64,000 nucleotides of DNA from Gammaproteobacteria bacterium (GTDB lineage: Bacteria > Pseudomonadota > Gammaproteobacteria > Eutrophobiales > Eutrophobiaceae). A model generated the notes under the pieces. The model was not told where the DNA came from. It did no database searches and saw only the letters and a list, made by a program, of their open reading frames with translations. Position numbers and translations under genes: made by a program. Below are positions 32,862 through 42,379 of the stretch, one piece after another. Numbering within the stretch: position 1 is the stretch's first letter; each line of letters begins with the position of its first letter. Location: NCBI GenBank assembly GCA_965116495.1, contig OZ220696.1:2912001-2976000 (forward strand). Direction: 5' to 3'.

Positions 32862-33827
32862 TTATATGGGTTCGATTGCGCGCAGGTGGCGTTTTACGGA
32901 CAGCCAGGAACCGGCAAGCCCCAATCCTGCGCCTATCAGTATCAGGGTGAAAACCTCCCTGGTGCTCAGGGAGACCAGAAAAAAACGGCTGCCGTACAGA
33001 TCCGCCAACCTGGTGACCGGGTCATGCAGTAATAGCATGGAGACCTCAAGCATCAGCCATGCGAACAGGCTGCCGGCAGTACCATGGAGCATGCCCGAGT
33101 AAAGAAAGGGACGGGTAATGAATGCATCGGTCGCGCCGAATAATTTATGGATTTCAATTTCCTGGCGTCGGTTATATACGGCCATCCGGATCGTATTACC
33201 GATTATCAGGACCACGGCGCCGGCGAACAGTACCGCGACGATCATCACCGCGCGTTGAAAAACCTCGATAATCTGGTGCAACCGCTGTGCCCATTGCCAG
33301 TCGAACTGGCCGGAATCCACCTCCGGCAGGGCTTGAAGTGCGGCAAGCAGGTCTTTGTTATCTGCAGCCGTGATGGCCCTGATGCGCGGCCGGACTACGA
33401 GCACGAAGGGCAAGGGATTCTGGCCGAGTGCCTCCAGCGCCGCGGCAAAACCGGAGTTCTGTTTATACTCGACCAGGGCGTTTTCAGAGCTGATTACATC
33501 AACCTCGCCAATATCCGCACGTGCGCCCAGTTGCTGTGCCAGCTCCCGGGCGCGCGCGGCATCGATCTCGGGGGCCAGGAACAGGGATATGTGGGAGGCG
33601 GCGTCCAGGTGGGAGGTGACCCGCTGGGCATTCTCGAGGAGGGAATAAAAGCCGGCCGGCAGTGCCAGGGAAATGCCGATGACACAGGTACTTAACAATG
33701 TATCCCCCGGGTTTTTATATAACTGCCCAAGACTGAAAAAAAATGCCCGGGCGTGTTGCTGCAGCCAATGACTGATATGCCTGCCGGTTGTCGGCGCCAG
33801 CCTGTTTCCGCCGCTTTGTTTTTTCAT
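32862..33827 (-). CDS. ftsX: Cell division ABC transporter permease FtsX
   Basis: IGISLALP, NPLP, IGNTIR, EIEI.KL.GATD.FI.RPF. Confidence 0.95.
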   Translation of the reverse strand: MKKQSGGNRLAPTTGRHISHWLQQHARAFFFSLGQLYKNPGDTLLSTCVIGISLALPAGFYSLLENAQRVTSHLDAASHISLFLAPEIDAARARELAQQLGARADIGEVDVISSENALVEYKQNSGFAAALEALGQNPLPFVLVVRPRIRAITAADNKDLLAALQALPEVDSGQFDWQWAQRLHQIIEVFQRAVMIVAVLFAGAVVLIIGNTIRMAVYNRRQEIEIHKLFGATDAFITRPFLYSGMLHGTAGSLFAWLMLEVSMLLLHDPVTRLADLYGSRFFLVSLSTREVFTLILIGAGLGLAGSWLSVKRHLRAIEPI

Positions 33828-33837
33828 TCCGTTCCGG

Positions 33838-34500
33838 TTAATCCGCTTCCGGGAGCAGGCAACCGTCCTGCAGGACCAGGATTTTTTTGCTCATCTTATG
33901 TATCGTGGCGAGGTCATGACTGGCTATCAGCACAGTGACGCCGACCTGGTTGAACAACTCGAACAACTTCATCGTTTCCCAGGACAGGGCCGGGTCCAGG
34001 TTCCCGGTGGGCTCGTCGCCCAGCAGCAAGGCAGGCCGATGCACCACGGCCCGGGCAATGCCCACGCGCTGTTGTTCTCCGGTGGATAAGACCGTGGGTA
34101 AAACCCGCTCTTTCGCCAGCAGGCCGACCTTTTCCAGGACGGCATGAGTGCGTTTTTTTATATCCTGGTAGCGATAACCGGCGATGGTCAACGGCAGGGC
34201 CACGTTATCAAACACGCTGCGTTCATTCAATAACCGGTGCTCCTGGAACATGAAACCGATATTGCGCCGGTAACGCGGGATGCGCCTGCCCGAGAGACGC
34301 GCCAGGTTTTGTCCGTTGACGATTACCTGGCCGCGGGAATGCCGCTCAGCGAGCGCGATCAGGCGTAACAGAGTTGTTTTTCCTGCGCCGGAATGTCCGG
34401 TCAGGTAGACCATTTCGCCCTGCTGCACATGCAGGTTGATATTTTTCAGGACATCCTTGCCGCTGCCGTAGCGCATGTAAACGTCGGTAAACCGGATCAT
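33838..34500 (-). CDS. ftsE: Cell division ATP-binding protein FtsE
   Basis: GHSGAGKTT, LSTGEQQRVGIARA, DEPTGNLD. Confidence 0.96.
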   Translation of the reverse strand: MIRFTDVYMRYGSGKDVLKNINLHVQQGEMVYLTGHSGAGKTTLLRLIALAERHSRGQVIVNGQNLARLSGRRIPRYRRNIGFMFQEHRLLNERSVFDNVALPLTIAGYRYQDIKKRTHAVLEKVGLLAKERVLPTVLSTGEQQRVGIARAVVHRPALLLGDEPTGNLDPALSWETMKLFELFNQVGVTVLIASHDLATIHKMSKKILVLQDGCLLPEAD

Positions 34501-35444
34501 GCGCCTAAACCCAGTAAGGCGCGTACGAACTGGTCTGCATCGAAGGGCTGGAGGTCATCGATGGTCTCACCGACGCCGATATAGCGGATGGGCAATGCAA
34601 GCTGTTGCGCCAGCGCGAACGCCATTCCCCCTTTTGCCGTGCCGTCCAGTTTGGTCAGGGCCACGCCGGTTACCTGGGCCGCCTGTTGAAACCGCCGCGC
34701 CTGCACGATGGCGTTCATCCCGGTGCCGGCGTCCACCACCAGCAACGATTCCACCGCTATGTGCGGATCAAATTTATGGATGGCGCGATGAATTTTTTTC
34801 AATTCTTCCATCAGGTTATCCTTGTTATGCAAGCGTCCGGCAGTATCGGCAATAACGATGTCCGTGCCCCGGGCAACGGCGGACTGCAGCGCGTTGTAAA
34901 GGACTGCAGCAGCGTCCGCGCCCGGGTGTTGCGCTATCACCGGCGCGTTGACGCGGGTTCCCCAATGTTGAATCTGATCAATTGCGGCGGCCCTGAAGGT
35001 ATCCCCGGCCGCAAGCATTACCGAGTGACCGTCCTGTCGCAGCAAATGTGCCAGTTTTCCTATGGTTGTCGTCTTGCCGACGCCGTTGACGCCGACAACC
35101 AGGATGACGAAAGGTCTTTTTTTGGGAACTGCCAGGGGCTGTTCGGACGGCTTGAGGGCGGACACCATGCTGCCGTGCAGGACGGACAACACATCCCGCT
35201 GCCCGGCACTGCACTGCTTCAAGTCTTTCTCAAGATCGGACAGGATCCCGGCACAGGTTTCGACACCGATATCGGCGCTAATCAACTGCATTTCAAGCTC
35301 CTCGAGCAGCGTCCTGTCAAGGGCTTGTTTCCCTTTGACCGGTCCGCCCCTGCCGCCCAGTAATCGGTCACGGGTTTTTTTCAGCCCGTTGGCCAGGCGA
35401 TCAAAAAATTTTCCTCCCGGCCTGCTGTCTTTTGGGGTAATCAT
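34497..35444 (-). CDS. ftsY: Signal recognition particle receptor FtsY (short form, NG domain only)
   Basis: GVNGVGKTTTIGKLA, DTFRAAA, DTAGRLH, TKLDGTAKGG, IGVGE; no acidic A domain. Confidence 0.96.
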   Translation of the reverse strand: MITPKDSRPGGKFFDRLANGLKKTRDRLLGGRGGPVKGKQALDRTLLEELEMQLISADIGVETCAGILSDLEKDLKQCSAGQRDVLSVLHGSMVSALKPSEQPLAVPKKRPFVILVVGVNGVGKTTTIGKLAHLLRQDGHSVMLAAGDTFRAAAIDQIQHWGTRVNAPVIAQHPGADAAAVLYNALQSAVARGTDIVIADTAGRLHNKDNLMEELKKIHRAIHKFDPHIAVESLLVVDAGTGMNAIVQARRFQQAAQVTGVALTKLDGTAKGGMAFALAQQLALPIRYIGVGETIDDLQPFDADQFVRALLGLGA

Positions 35445-35483
35445 AGATGGAACAGTATACCTGTATAAGATAACATAGGGAGC

Positions 35484-36893
35484 GTGACGAGATGGAACAC
35501 AAGTTTTTTCCACACAACAGGCAAACGTCTTTTAGCCTGTTACCTGTTGCTGTTTGCCTGGTCTCCGGTCCACGCCCAAGTCCATGAATATAATCTTGAA
35601 AACGGCCTGAAACTGCTGGTGAAAGAAGACCGGCGGGCGCCGGTTGCGGTGTCCCAAATCTGGTACCGGATCGGTTCAAGCTATGAGCATGACGGCATCA
35701 CCGGCATTTCCCACGTGCTGGAACACATGATGTTTCAGGGGACGGAAAAATATCCCGACGGGGAGTTCTCCAGGATCATTGCAGAAAACGGCGGCAACGA
35801 AAATGCATTTACCGGCAAGGATTACACCGCGTACTTTCAGATGCTGGAAAAATCCAGGCTGGACGTCAGTATCAGGCTGGAAGCGGACCGTATGCGTAAC
35901 CTGGTGTTGTCGGAGGAAGAATTCGAGAAAGAAATTGAGGTGGTGAAGGAAGAGCGGCGTCTGCGCACCGATGACAACCCGGTCGCATACCTGTATGAAA
36001 CAGCGTTTGCCACGGCATTTCAGACCGCGCCCTATCGCCATCCGATCATCGGCTGGATGGCGGACCTGGACACTTTGCGGATTGGCGACCTGAAGCTATG
36101 GTACGACCGTTGGTATGCCCCGAACAATGCCACCCTGGTAGTGGTAGGTGACGTCGAACATGAAGTGGTCCGGCAACTGGTGCAGGAACATTTCGGCCCG
36201 ATCAAGTCAAGAGTGCTGCCTGCGGCCGGGGGCCTCCCCGAAGTGACCCAGCAGGGATTGAAACGCATCTCGGTAAAGCGCCCCGCAGAACTGCCGCACC
36301 TGCTCATGGCGTATAAAACACCGGTTTTGAGCAGCGCGGCCGCAGCCCCTGCATCCTGGGAGCCGTACGCGTTGGAAGTCCTGGCCGGCGTGCTGGACGG
36401 AGGCAACAGCGCGAGGCTGGAAACCCGCCTGGTACGGGGCCAGGAAGTGGCCGCCAGCGTTGGTGTTTCCTATGACATGGCAAGCCGGCTGGACGGCCTG
36501 TTTATCATACAGGCTGTGCCTGCCCGGGAACGGACTGCCGGCGAGGTGGAGCAGGCGGTCAGGGAGCAGCTGGAAAATTTAAAAACAGGGGACATCGGAG
36601 AGCAGGAACTGGCGCGGGTGAAGGCGCAGGTCGTATCAAGCGATGTCTACGAGCGGGATTCAATGTTTTATCAGGCCATGACCCTGGGCGCGTTTGAGAC
36701 CGTGGGCCTGCCCTGGCGACTGGCAGATGAGTACGTGTCACAGATCCAGGCGATCAGCGTTGAACAGGTAAAACACGTGGCGAACAAGTATTTCCGCGAT
36801 GACGGATTGACGATAGCCGTTCTCGACCCGCAACCCATAGAAACGATACATGAGCCGCAACCGCAGGCAGGAGAGGATGCGCATGCGGGTTAA
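35484..36893 (+). CDS. M16 family zinc peptidase, catalytic subunit
   Basis: HVLEH (HxxEH) motif, ENAFT, EERRLR, YAPNNA. Confidence 0.93.
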   Translation: MTRWNTSFFHTTGKRLLACYLLLFAWSPVHAQVHEYNLENGLKLLVKEDRRAPVAVSQIWYRIGSSYEHDGITGISHVLEHMMFQGTEKYPDGEFSRIIAENGGNENAFTGKDYTAYFQMLEKSRLDVSIRLEADRMRNLVLSEEEFEKEIEVVKEERRLRTDDNPVAYLYETAFATAFQTAPYRHPIIGWMADLDTLRIGDLKLWYDRWYAPNNATLVVVGDVEHEVVRQLVQEHFGPIKSRVLPAAGGLPEVTQQGLKRISVKRPAELPHLLMAYKTPVLSSAAAAPASWEPYALEVLAGVLDGGNSARLETRLVRGQEVAASVGVSYDMASRLDGLFIIQAVPARERTAGEVEQAVREQLENLKTGDIGEQELARVKAQVVSSDVYERDSMFYQAMTLGAFETVGLPWRLADEYVSQIQAISVEQVKHVANKYFRDDGLTIAVLDPQPIETIHEPQPQAGEDAHAG

Positions 36894-38325
36894 TGCCGTA
36901 ATGACGGCGCACCGGATAACGATCAGTACGCATCAGCGTTCTTTTCCCGGGCTCTGTCTGTACCAGCGTCGGCGCTGGAATAACATAGTCCGGCCACTGC
37001 GCAGCTTCATCCGGGCAGGATTGCCGGTACTGTTGCTGCTTGTTGCCCGGGGCGCTTGGCCGGCCCCGGTTGTGCTGGACTGGCAGACCGGGGGGGGGAG
37101 CCGGGTCTTCTTTGTTGAATCCCGTGAATTGCCGATGGTGGATATCCGCGTGCTGTTCGATGCGGGCAGCGTACGTGAGCCTGCCGGCAGGAACGGCCTT
37201 GCAGTACTGACAAACAGCTTGCTCGATGAAGGCGCCGGCGGGCTGGACTCCACTGCGATCAGCTTCGAATTCGAACGGCTGGGTGCGCGCTACAGTGCCG
37301 AATCGGGCTATGATTATGCGTCCGTAAGCCTGCGATCGTTGTCGGACCCGACGTTGCTGGCGCCTGCCCTGCGTAATTTAAGCCGGGTGATCACTGAACC
37401 GGGGTTTTCCGAAAAGGCGGTCGAAAGACAGAAACAACGCTTGCAGCTCGCTATCCGGCGCAAACAACAGGCGCCTGCAGAGATTGCCCGGGATGCGTAC
37501 CTGGCGGCCATATACCAGAATCATCCGTATGCGCTGCCCAGCGACGGTACGCTTGAAAACGTGGCCCAACTGAGCCGGCAGGATATTGTAGACTTCCATC
37601 GGGACTTTTACCATGCGGACAATGCCAGCCTGGTAATAGTCGGAAACCTGGGCAGGGAACAGGCCGCGGCGCTGGCTGAGGAATTGACGGGTGGATTGCC
37701 GCGGGGACGGGAACTGGAACCGTTGCCGGCCGTGGCGCGGTTGGAGCAGGCCCGGGAGATACGTATCGAGCATCCTTCGTCACAGGTGCACGTTCTGCTC
37801 GGCCAACCGGGCATCAAACGCGGCGATCCCGATTATTTCCCGCTGTACGTGGGCAACCATATACTGGGCGGCGGCGGCTTTGTCTCGCGCCTGTATGAAG
37901 AGATCCGGGAAAAACGCGGCCTGTCATACGGCGCGTACAGTTATTTTTCTCCGCGACGTGAAGCGGGACCGTTTACTGCAAGCGTGCAAACCCGGGGCGA
38001 GCGGCAGGAACAGGCATTACAGGTGATGCGCGATACCGTTCGCGCCTTTATCGACCGGGGGCCCACGCCTGCAGAGCTGGAAGCGGCGCAAAAAAATATC
38101 AGCGGCGGTTTTCCCCTGCGGCTGGACAGCAACAGCAAGATTCTCGGCTATATAGCCATGATTGGTTTTTATGATCTGCCTCTGAATTACCTGGATACGT
38201 TTATCAGCAAGGTAAACGCGGTGACCGTTGAAGAAATCAGGGACGCATTCAAGCGCCGCCTGCACCCGGAGCGATTCGTTACCGTCCTGGTCGGGCCGAC
38301 CGGACCCGTAGCAGAAGAGAACTGA
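36883..38325 (+). CDS. M16 family peptidase, non-catalytic partner subunit
   Basis: No HxxEH (LAVLTNSLL); GGGGFVSRLYEEIREKRGLSYG R/Y motif; start codon uncertain. Confidence 0.9.
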   Translation: MRVNAVMTAHRITISTHQRSFPGLCLYQRRRWNNIVRPLRSFIRAGLPVLLLLVARGAWPAPVVLDWQTGGGSRVFFVESRELPMVDIRVLFDAGSVREPAGRNGLAVLTNSLLDEGAGGLDSTAISFEFERLGARYSAESGYDYASVSLRSLSDPTLLAPALRNLSRVITEPGFSEKAVERQKQRLQLAIRRKQQAPAEIARDAYLAAIYQNHPYALPSDGTLENVAQLSRQDIVDFHRDFYHADNASLVIVGNLGREQAAALAEELTGGLPRGRELEPLPAVARLEQAREIRIEHPSSQVHVLLGQPGIKRGDPDYFPLYVGNHILGGGGFVSRLYEEIREKRGLSYGAYSYFSPRREAGPFTASVQTRGERQEQALQVMRDTVRAFIDRGPTPAELEAAQKNISGGFPLRLDSNSKILGYIAMIGFYDLPLNYLDTFISKVNAVTVEEIRDAFKRRLHPERFVTVLVGPTGPVAEEN

Positions 38326-38379
38326 AGCCCGTCTCCCCATCCCGCAGCAGAGGCAACAAGACAGACGAATTGATGAGCT

Positions 38380-39003
38380 ATGCGGGCTGCAGGAAAAATC
38401 AGGATTATAGGCGGTCAATGGCGCGGCCGCAGGTTGCCGGTCGCACACCAGCCCGGCCTGCGCCCGACCCCTGACCGGATCAGGGAAACCCTGTTCAACT
38501 GGCTGGCGACGGCCATATCCGGGGCCCGCTGCCTTGACCTTTTTGCCGGCACCGGGGCGCTGGGGTTTGAAGCCCTATCCCGGGGCGCCCGTTGTGCGGT
38601 CATGGTGGAACAGAATATACAACTGGTGCAACGACTTGAAGAAGCCAAATCGATACTGGATGCCGGGCATGCAGAAATCATCCATGCGCAGGCAAGCAAC
38701 TGGCTGACAGGCAGGCACGAACTATTCGATGTGGTCTTTCTCGATCCGCCGTTCCACCAGCAGCAGGTGAAAAAAGCTTGTACCCTGCTGATAAACAAGG
38801 GACACCTAGCGCCTGCCGCGTACGTCTATACGGAGACCGAGCTGGACGCAGCACCCCGGTTACCGGGATTGAAGGCCTTGAAACAGGCGCGTGCGGGACA
38901 GGTTGAATACAGACTGTATCAATACGAGGCTGGAGGGCTGTCCGGGAAACTCCGAACAAGTCCATCCCGGACTTGTTCAGAACATGATAAACAAAAAACG
39001 TGA
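38380..39003 (+). CDS. rsmD: 16S rRNA m2G966 methyltransferase
   Basis: RIIGGQWRGR, LRPT.DR.RETLFNWL, LDLFAGTGALG.EA.SRGA, FLDPPF; last ~19 aa encoded by an inserted element. Confidence 0.95.
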   Translation: MRAAGKIRIIGGQWRGRRLPVAHQPGLRPTPDRIRETLFNWLATAISGARCLDLFAGTGALGFEALSRGARCAVMVEQNIQLVQRLEEAKSILDAGHAEIIHAQASNWLTGRHELFDVVFLDPPFHQQQVKKACTLLINKGHLAPAAYVYTETELDAAPRLPGLKALKQARAGQVEYRLYQYEAGGLSGKLRTSPSRTCSEHDKQKT

Positions 39004-39098
39004 TTTTTGTTTATCATGTAAAATCAATGACTTATACTCATTGATTTTGACGATACATCCCTGTATCGTAAGAACCTCTGACTTAATCAGAGGTTCTT
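38944..39098. mobile_element. Hairpin-rich MITE with IS5-like ends between rsmD and coaD
   Basis: GAAACTCCGAACAAGTC (38946-38962) matches the reverse complement of GACTTAATCAGAGGTTC (39080-39096) at 13/17; five tandem hairpins; IHF consensus AATCAATGACTTA 39022-39034. Confidence 0.65.
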
Positions 39099-39101
39099 AA
39101 A

Positions 39102-39584
39102 ATGAACACAACGGCAATATATCCGGGCACGTTCGATCCGATCACCAATGGTCATACGGACATCGTAGAGCGGGCCGCCCGCATGTTTGACGAGGTAATC
39201 GTCGCAATCGCCGGAAGCACGGGAAAATCCACCACGTTTTCAACCGCTGAGCGTGTCGAACTGGCCCGGGAAGCCCTGGCGGGCATCGACAACGTGGAGG
39301 TGGCTAGTTTTACCGGTCTCATGACGGTTTACGCCAAACAGCGCGGGGCGCGGGTTATCGTGCGCGGGTTACGGGCCGTGTCGGATTTTGAGTACGAGTT
39401 TCAAATGGCGAGCATGAACCGGCAGTTATACGGCCAGGCAGAAACCGTATTCCTGACACCGGCTGAACACCTGAGTTATATCTCATCCAGCCTGGTGCGG
39501 GAGATCGCGACGTTGGGGGGTGACGTCACCCGGTTTGTTCACGGCGCGGTCAACGCCGCATTATCCGAAAAAATGTCTGACTGA
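39102..39584 (+). CDS. coaD: Phosphopantetheine adenylyltransferase
   Basis: [34 protein letters not shown]. Confidence 0.97.
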   Translation: MNTTAIYPGTFDPITNGHTDIVERAARMFDEVIVAIAGSTGKSTTFSTAERVELAREALAGIDNVEVASFTGLMTVYAKQRGARVIVRGLRAVSDFEYEFQMASMNRQLYGQAETVFLTPAEHLSYISSSLVREIATLGGDVTRFVHGAVNAALSEKMSD

Positions 39585-39599
39585 GGAGAAGGGTCCATT

Positions 39600-41327
39600 A
39601 TGACGCGCAGGATAACGATCTGCAATTATCGGGAAAAGCGGTGCCGGCGAACTGCGACCAGCGGGTTCGTCGGACTGATAGTAAGCCTGATTTTCAGCAC
39701 GGCGCCCTGCCGAGCAGAGACCGCGCCGGCCCATGCCGTTGCCAGCGCCCACCCGCTGGCGACCGCGGCCGGGGTTGAAATCTTACGGGAAGGGGGCAAC
39801 GCATTCGACGCGGCCATTGCGGTGAGTGCCGCCCTGGGTGTGGTCGAGCCATACAGTTCCGGTTTCGGCGGCGGCGGCTTCTGGCTGGTACATCGCGCCA
39901 GCGACGGCAAACAGGTAATGATCGACGGCCGGGAAACCGCGCCGGCCCTGGCTCACGAACGGATGTACCGGGACTCGCAGGATAACGTGATAAAGGATGC
40001 TTCGTTAGTCGGTCCCCTGGCAGCGGGAATCCCGGGCATGCCGGCGGGACTGGTTCACCTGGCCGAACACTACGGACGCCTGCCGTTAAGCCAATCACTG
40101 GCGCCGGCAAAACGTTACGCCGAACAGGGTTTCGCGGTGACCTCGCGTTACCATCTACTGGTTACTTTCGTTGCCGGCAGGTTACGGCAATATCCGGCCG
40201 CGGCCGGAATTTTTTTACAGGATGGTAAACCCCCGCGTATCGGCTACCTGATCCGGCAGGAGGCGCTGGCTGCAACCATTGACGCCATCGCGGAGCAGGG
40301 AATGGACGGGTTCTACCGCGGCCCGGTTGCCGAGATGATGGTACGGGAGGCGCGCAAGCACGGGGGTATCTGGAGCCTTAAGGATCTGGATGCTTATCGC
40401 GTAACAGAACGTGAGCCGATAGTCACCCACTACCGCGGCGCGCGTATTGTTTCCGCTCCGCCGCCTTCATCGGGAGGTATTGTCATGGCGCAGGCGTTGC
40501 GGATACTGGAGACATTTGACCTTGACGGTATGAGCAACGTGCAGCGCAAGCACCACATTATCGAAGCCATGCGGCGCGCTTTTCGCGACCGGGCGGTGTT
40601 TCTTGGAGACCCGGATTTCGTGGACGTTCCGGTCGCGCGCCTGCTGGACAAGTCCTACCTGGAGGGGCTGGCAATGACGATTGACCCGTCAAAATCGACC
40701 CCCAGCGATGTGGTCGGCGGCGGCCCTGCCCTGCTGCAGACGGGCACGCAGACCACCCATTTTTCCATTATGGACAAGGAAGGCAACCGCGTGGCAGGGA
40801 CGCTTAGCGTCAATACCTTGTTCGGTGCATGCTTTGTTGCAGCGGGCACGGGCGTACTGTTCAATAATGAGATGGACGACTTTTCCATCAAGCCGTTCAC
40901 GCCCAATGCCTACGGCCTGATCGGAGATGAGGCGAATGCGATAGCGCCGGGAAAACGGCCGCTGTCGAGCATGACCCCGACGTTCCTGGAACTGCCGGAC
41001 CGGATCGGCATTGTGGGAACGCCGGGCGGGAGCCGTATCATCAGCATGGTGCTGCTGGCGGCGCTGGACTTTGTGGACGGCCGGTTACCCCCGTCCTGGG
41101 TCAGCCTGCGGCGCTTCCACCACCAGTACGAACCGGACCAGGTACAGTTTGAACTGCACGGGCTGACTGAATTTGAACAGCAACGCCTCGCCGGACTGGG
41201 CCATGAGTTGAGGGAGATTTCCCGCCGTTACGGCAATATGCAGGCCATTTTGTGGGACAAAACGGAAAACCGTGTTTACAGCGCCAGCGACCCCAGGGGC
41301 GAGGGCCACGCCGTCGTCATTGAATAA
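39600..41327 (+). CDS. ggt: Gamma-glutamyltransferase
   Basis: GGNAFDAAIA, SGFGGGGF, DGRETAP, PPSSGG, TTHFSI (catalytic Thr), NNEMDDF, PLSSMTP, GTPGGSRI. Confidence 0.96.
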   Translation: MTRRITICNYREKRCRRTATSGFVGLIVSLIFSTAPCRAETAPAHAVASAHPLATAAGVEILREGGNAFDAAIAVSAALGVVEPYSSGFGGGGFWLVHRASDGKQVMIDGRETAPALAHERMYRDSQDNVIKDASLVGPLAAGIPGMPAGLVHLAEHYGRLPLSQSLAPAKRYAEQGFAVTSRYHLLVTFVAGRLRQYPAAAGIFLQDGKPPRIGYLIRQEALAATIDAIAEQGMDGFYRGPVAEMMVREARKHGGIWSLKDLDAYRVTEREPIVTHYRGARIVSAPPPSSGGIVMAQALRILETFDLDGMSNVQRKHHIIEAMRRAFRDRAVFLGDPDFVDVPVARLLDKSYLEGLAMTIDPSKSTPSDVVGGGPALLQTGTQTTHFSIMDKEGNRVAGTLSVNTLFGACFVAAGTGVLFNNEMDDFSIKPFTPNAYGLIGDEANAIAPGKRPLSSMTPTFLELPDRIGIVGTPGGSRIISMVLLAALDFVDGRLPPSWVSLRRFHHQYEPDQVQFELHGLTEFEQQRLAGLGHELREISRRYGNMQAILWDKTENRVYSASDPRGEGHAVVIE

Positions 41328-41334
41328 CACAAGC

Positions 41335-41363
41335 CGTCATTCCTGCGAAAGCAGGAACCCAGT
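41335..41363. repeat. Single CGTC-type REP-like palindrome between convergent ggt and mutM
   Basis: CGTCATTCCTGCGAAAGCAGGAACCCAGT. Confidence 0.75.
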
Positions 41364-41392
41364 AAACCATCAGTCGCCTTTGGCGACACATT

Positions 41393-42208
41393 TCAACGCT
41401 GGCACTGCGCGCAATAATACGTCGAACGCTGGCCCTGGCGGATCTGTCTGATACTCGACCGGCAGGTTTTGCAGGGTTCCCCGGCGCGATCATAAACGTC
41501 AAGTTCCAGCTTGAAGTAGCCGGGCGCGCCGTCGCCGCCGACAAAATCCCGTAACGTGGTCCCCCCTTTTGCCAGCGCCGCGTTGAGTACGCTCCTGACG
41601 GAACCGGTCAGTTCAACGTAGCGCGCCAGGGAAATATTTCCCGCCTTGCGCAACGGATGGATGCCGCTTTTGAACAAGGCTTCATTGGCATAGATATTAC
41701 CCACGCCGACCACGCTGCGGCTGTCCATGATGAAGGTCTTGATGGCTTGCGCCCTGTGCCTGGAAAGCTGGTACAAATACGCGCCGGTGAATGCCGGCCC
41801 CAGAGGTTCCGGCCCCAGGTGGCGCAACAGGTGGTGTTGCAGCGGGTCCCGGCCGGTCCAGTGGATGGAACCGAAACGCCGTGGGTCGCGAAAACGCAGG
41901 CAGGTATTGTCGCTGAATAATACGTCAACGTGGTCATGCTTGTCTGCCGGGATTGCCCGGTCCAGGATTCGGAGACTGCCGGACATACCCAGGTGCAGGA
42001 TGACGCAACCGTGTTCCAGGTAAAAAATCAGGTATTTCGCGCGCCGCCCTACCTGTGTAATGCACCGCCCGATCAGTTCGCTTCCCAAAGACACCGGAAC
42101 CGGCCAGCGTAACTGATGTTGCCTAATCACAACATCCCGAACCGTTTTGTTGACGATATGCGGGGAGATTCCGCGCCGCGTCGTCTCAACTTCAGGCAAT
42201 TCCGGCAT
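41393..42208 (-). CDS. mutM: Formamidopyrimidine-DNA glycosylase
   Basis: PELPEVET, RRAKYL, HLGMSG, DPRRFG, GVGNIYA.E, C-terminal C4 zinc finger. Confidence 0.97.
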   Translation of the reverse strand: MPELPEVETTRRGISPHIVNKTVRDVVIRQHQLRWPVPVSLGSELIGRCITQVGRRAKYLIFYLEHGCVILHLGMSGSLRILDRAIPADKHDHVDVLFSDNTCLRFRDPRRFGSIHWTGRDPLQHHLLRHLGPEPLGPAFTGAYLYQLSRHRAQAIKTFIMDSRSVVGVGNIYANEALFKSGIHPLRKAGNISLARYVELTGSVRSVLNAALAKGGTTLRDFVGGDGAPGYFKLELDVYDRAGEPCKTCRSSIRQIRQGQRSTYYCAQCQR

Positions 42209-42256
42209 TAGTTATATAATTTTTTCATAAGTTAAGCTGTCAAAATCATGTCCCGA

Positions 42257-42311
42257 GACCTACACAGACCTACACACACACCTAGCAAACCACTGGATAA
42301 TCTGGTATAAT
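42257..42311 (+). promoter_or_regulatory. Candidate TBDR promoter: 10-bp tandem repeat plus extended -10
   Basis: GACCTACACA twice (42257-42276), degenerate third copy CACCTAGCA, TGGTATAAT at 42303-42311. Confidence 0.5.
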
Positions 42312-42379
42312 GGCTGGGCTATTATGCTCTCCTGAGCGTAAGATTTTCGAGGAATGACACTCAATTATGGGAGAATAAA

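Noticed and set aside
39600-39650. ggt N-terminus (MTRRITICNY...C) as a remnant of the ferredoxin usually found after coaD
   Set aside because: No CxxCxxC spacing; similarity too weak to support.
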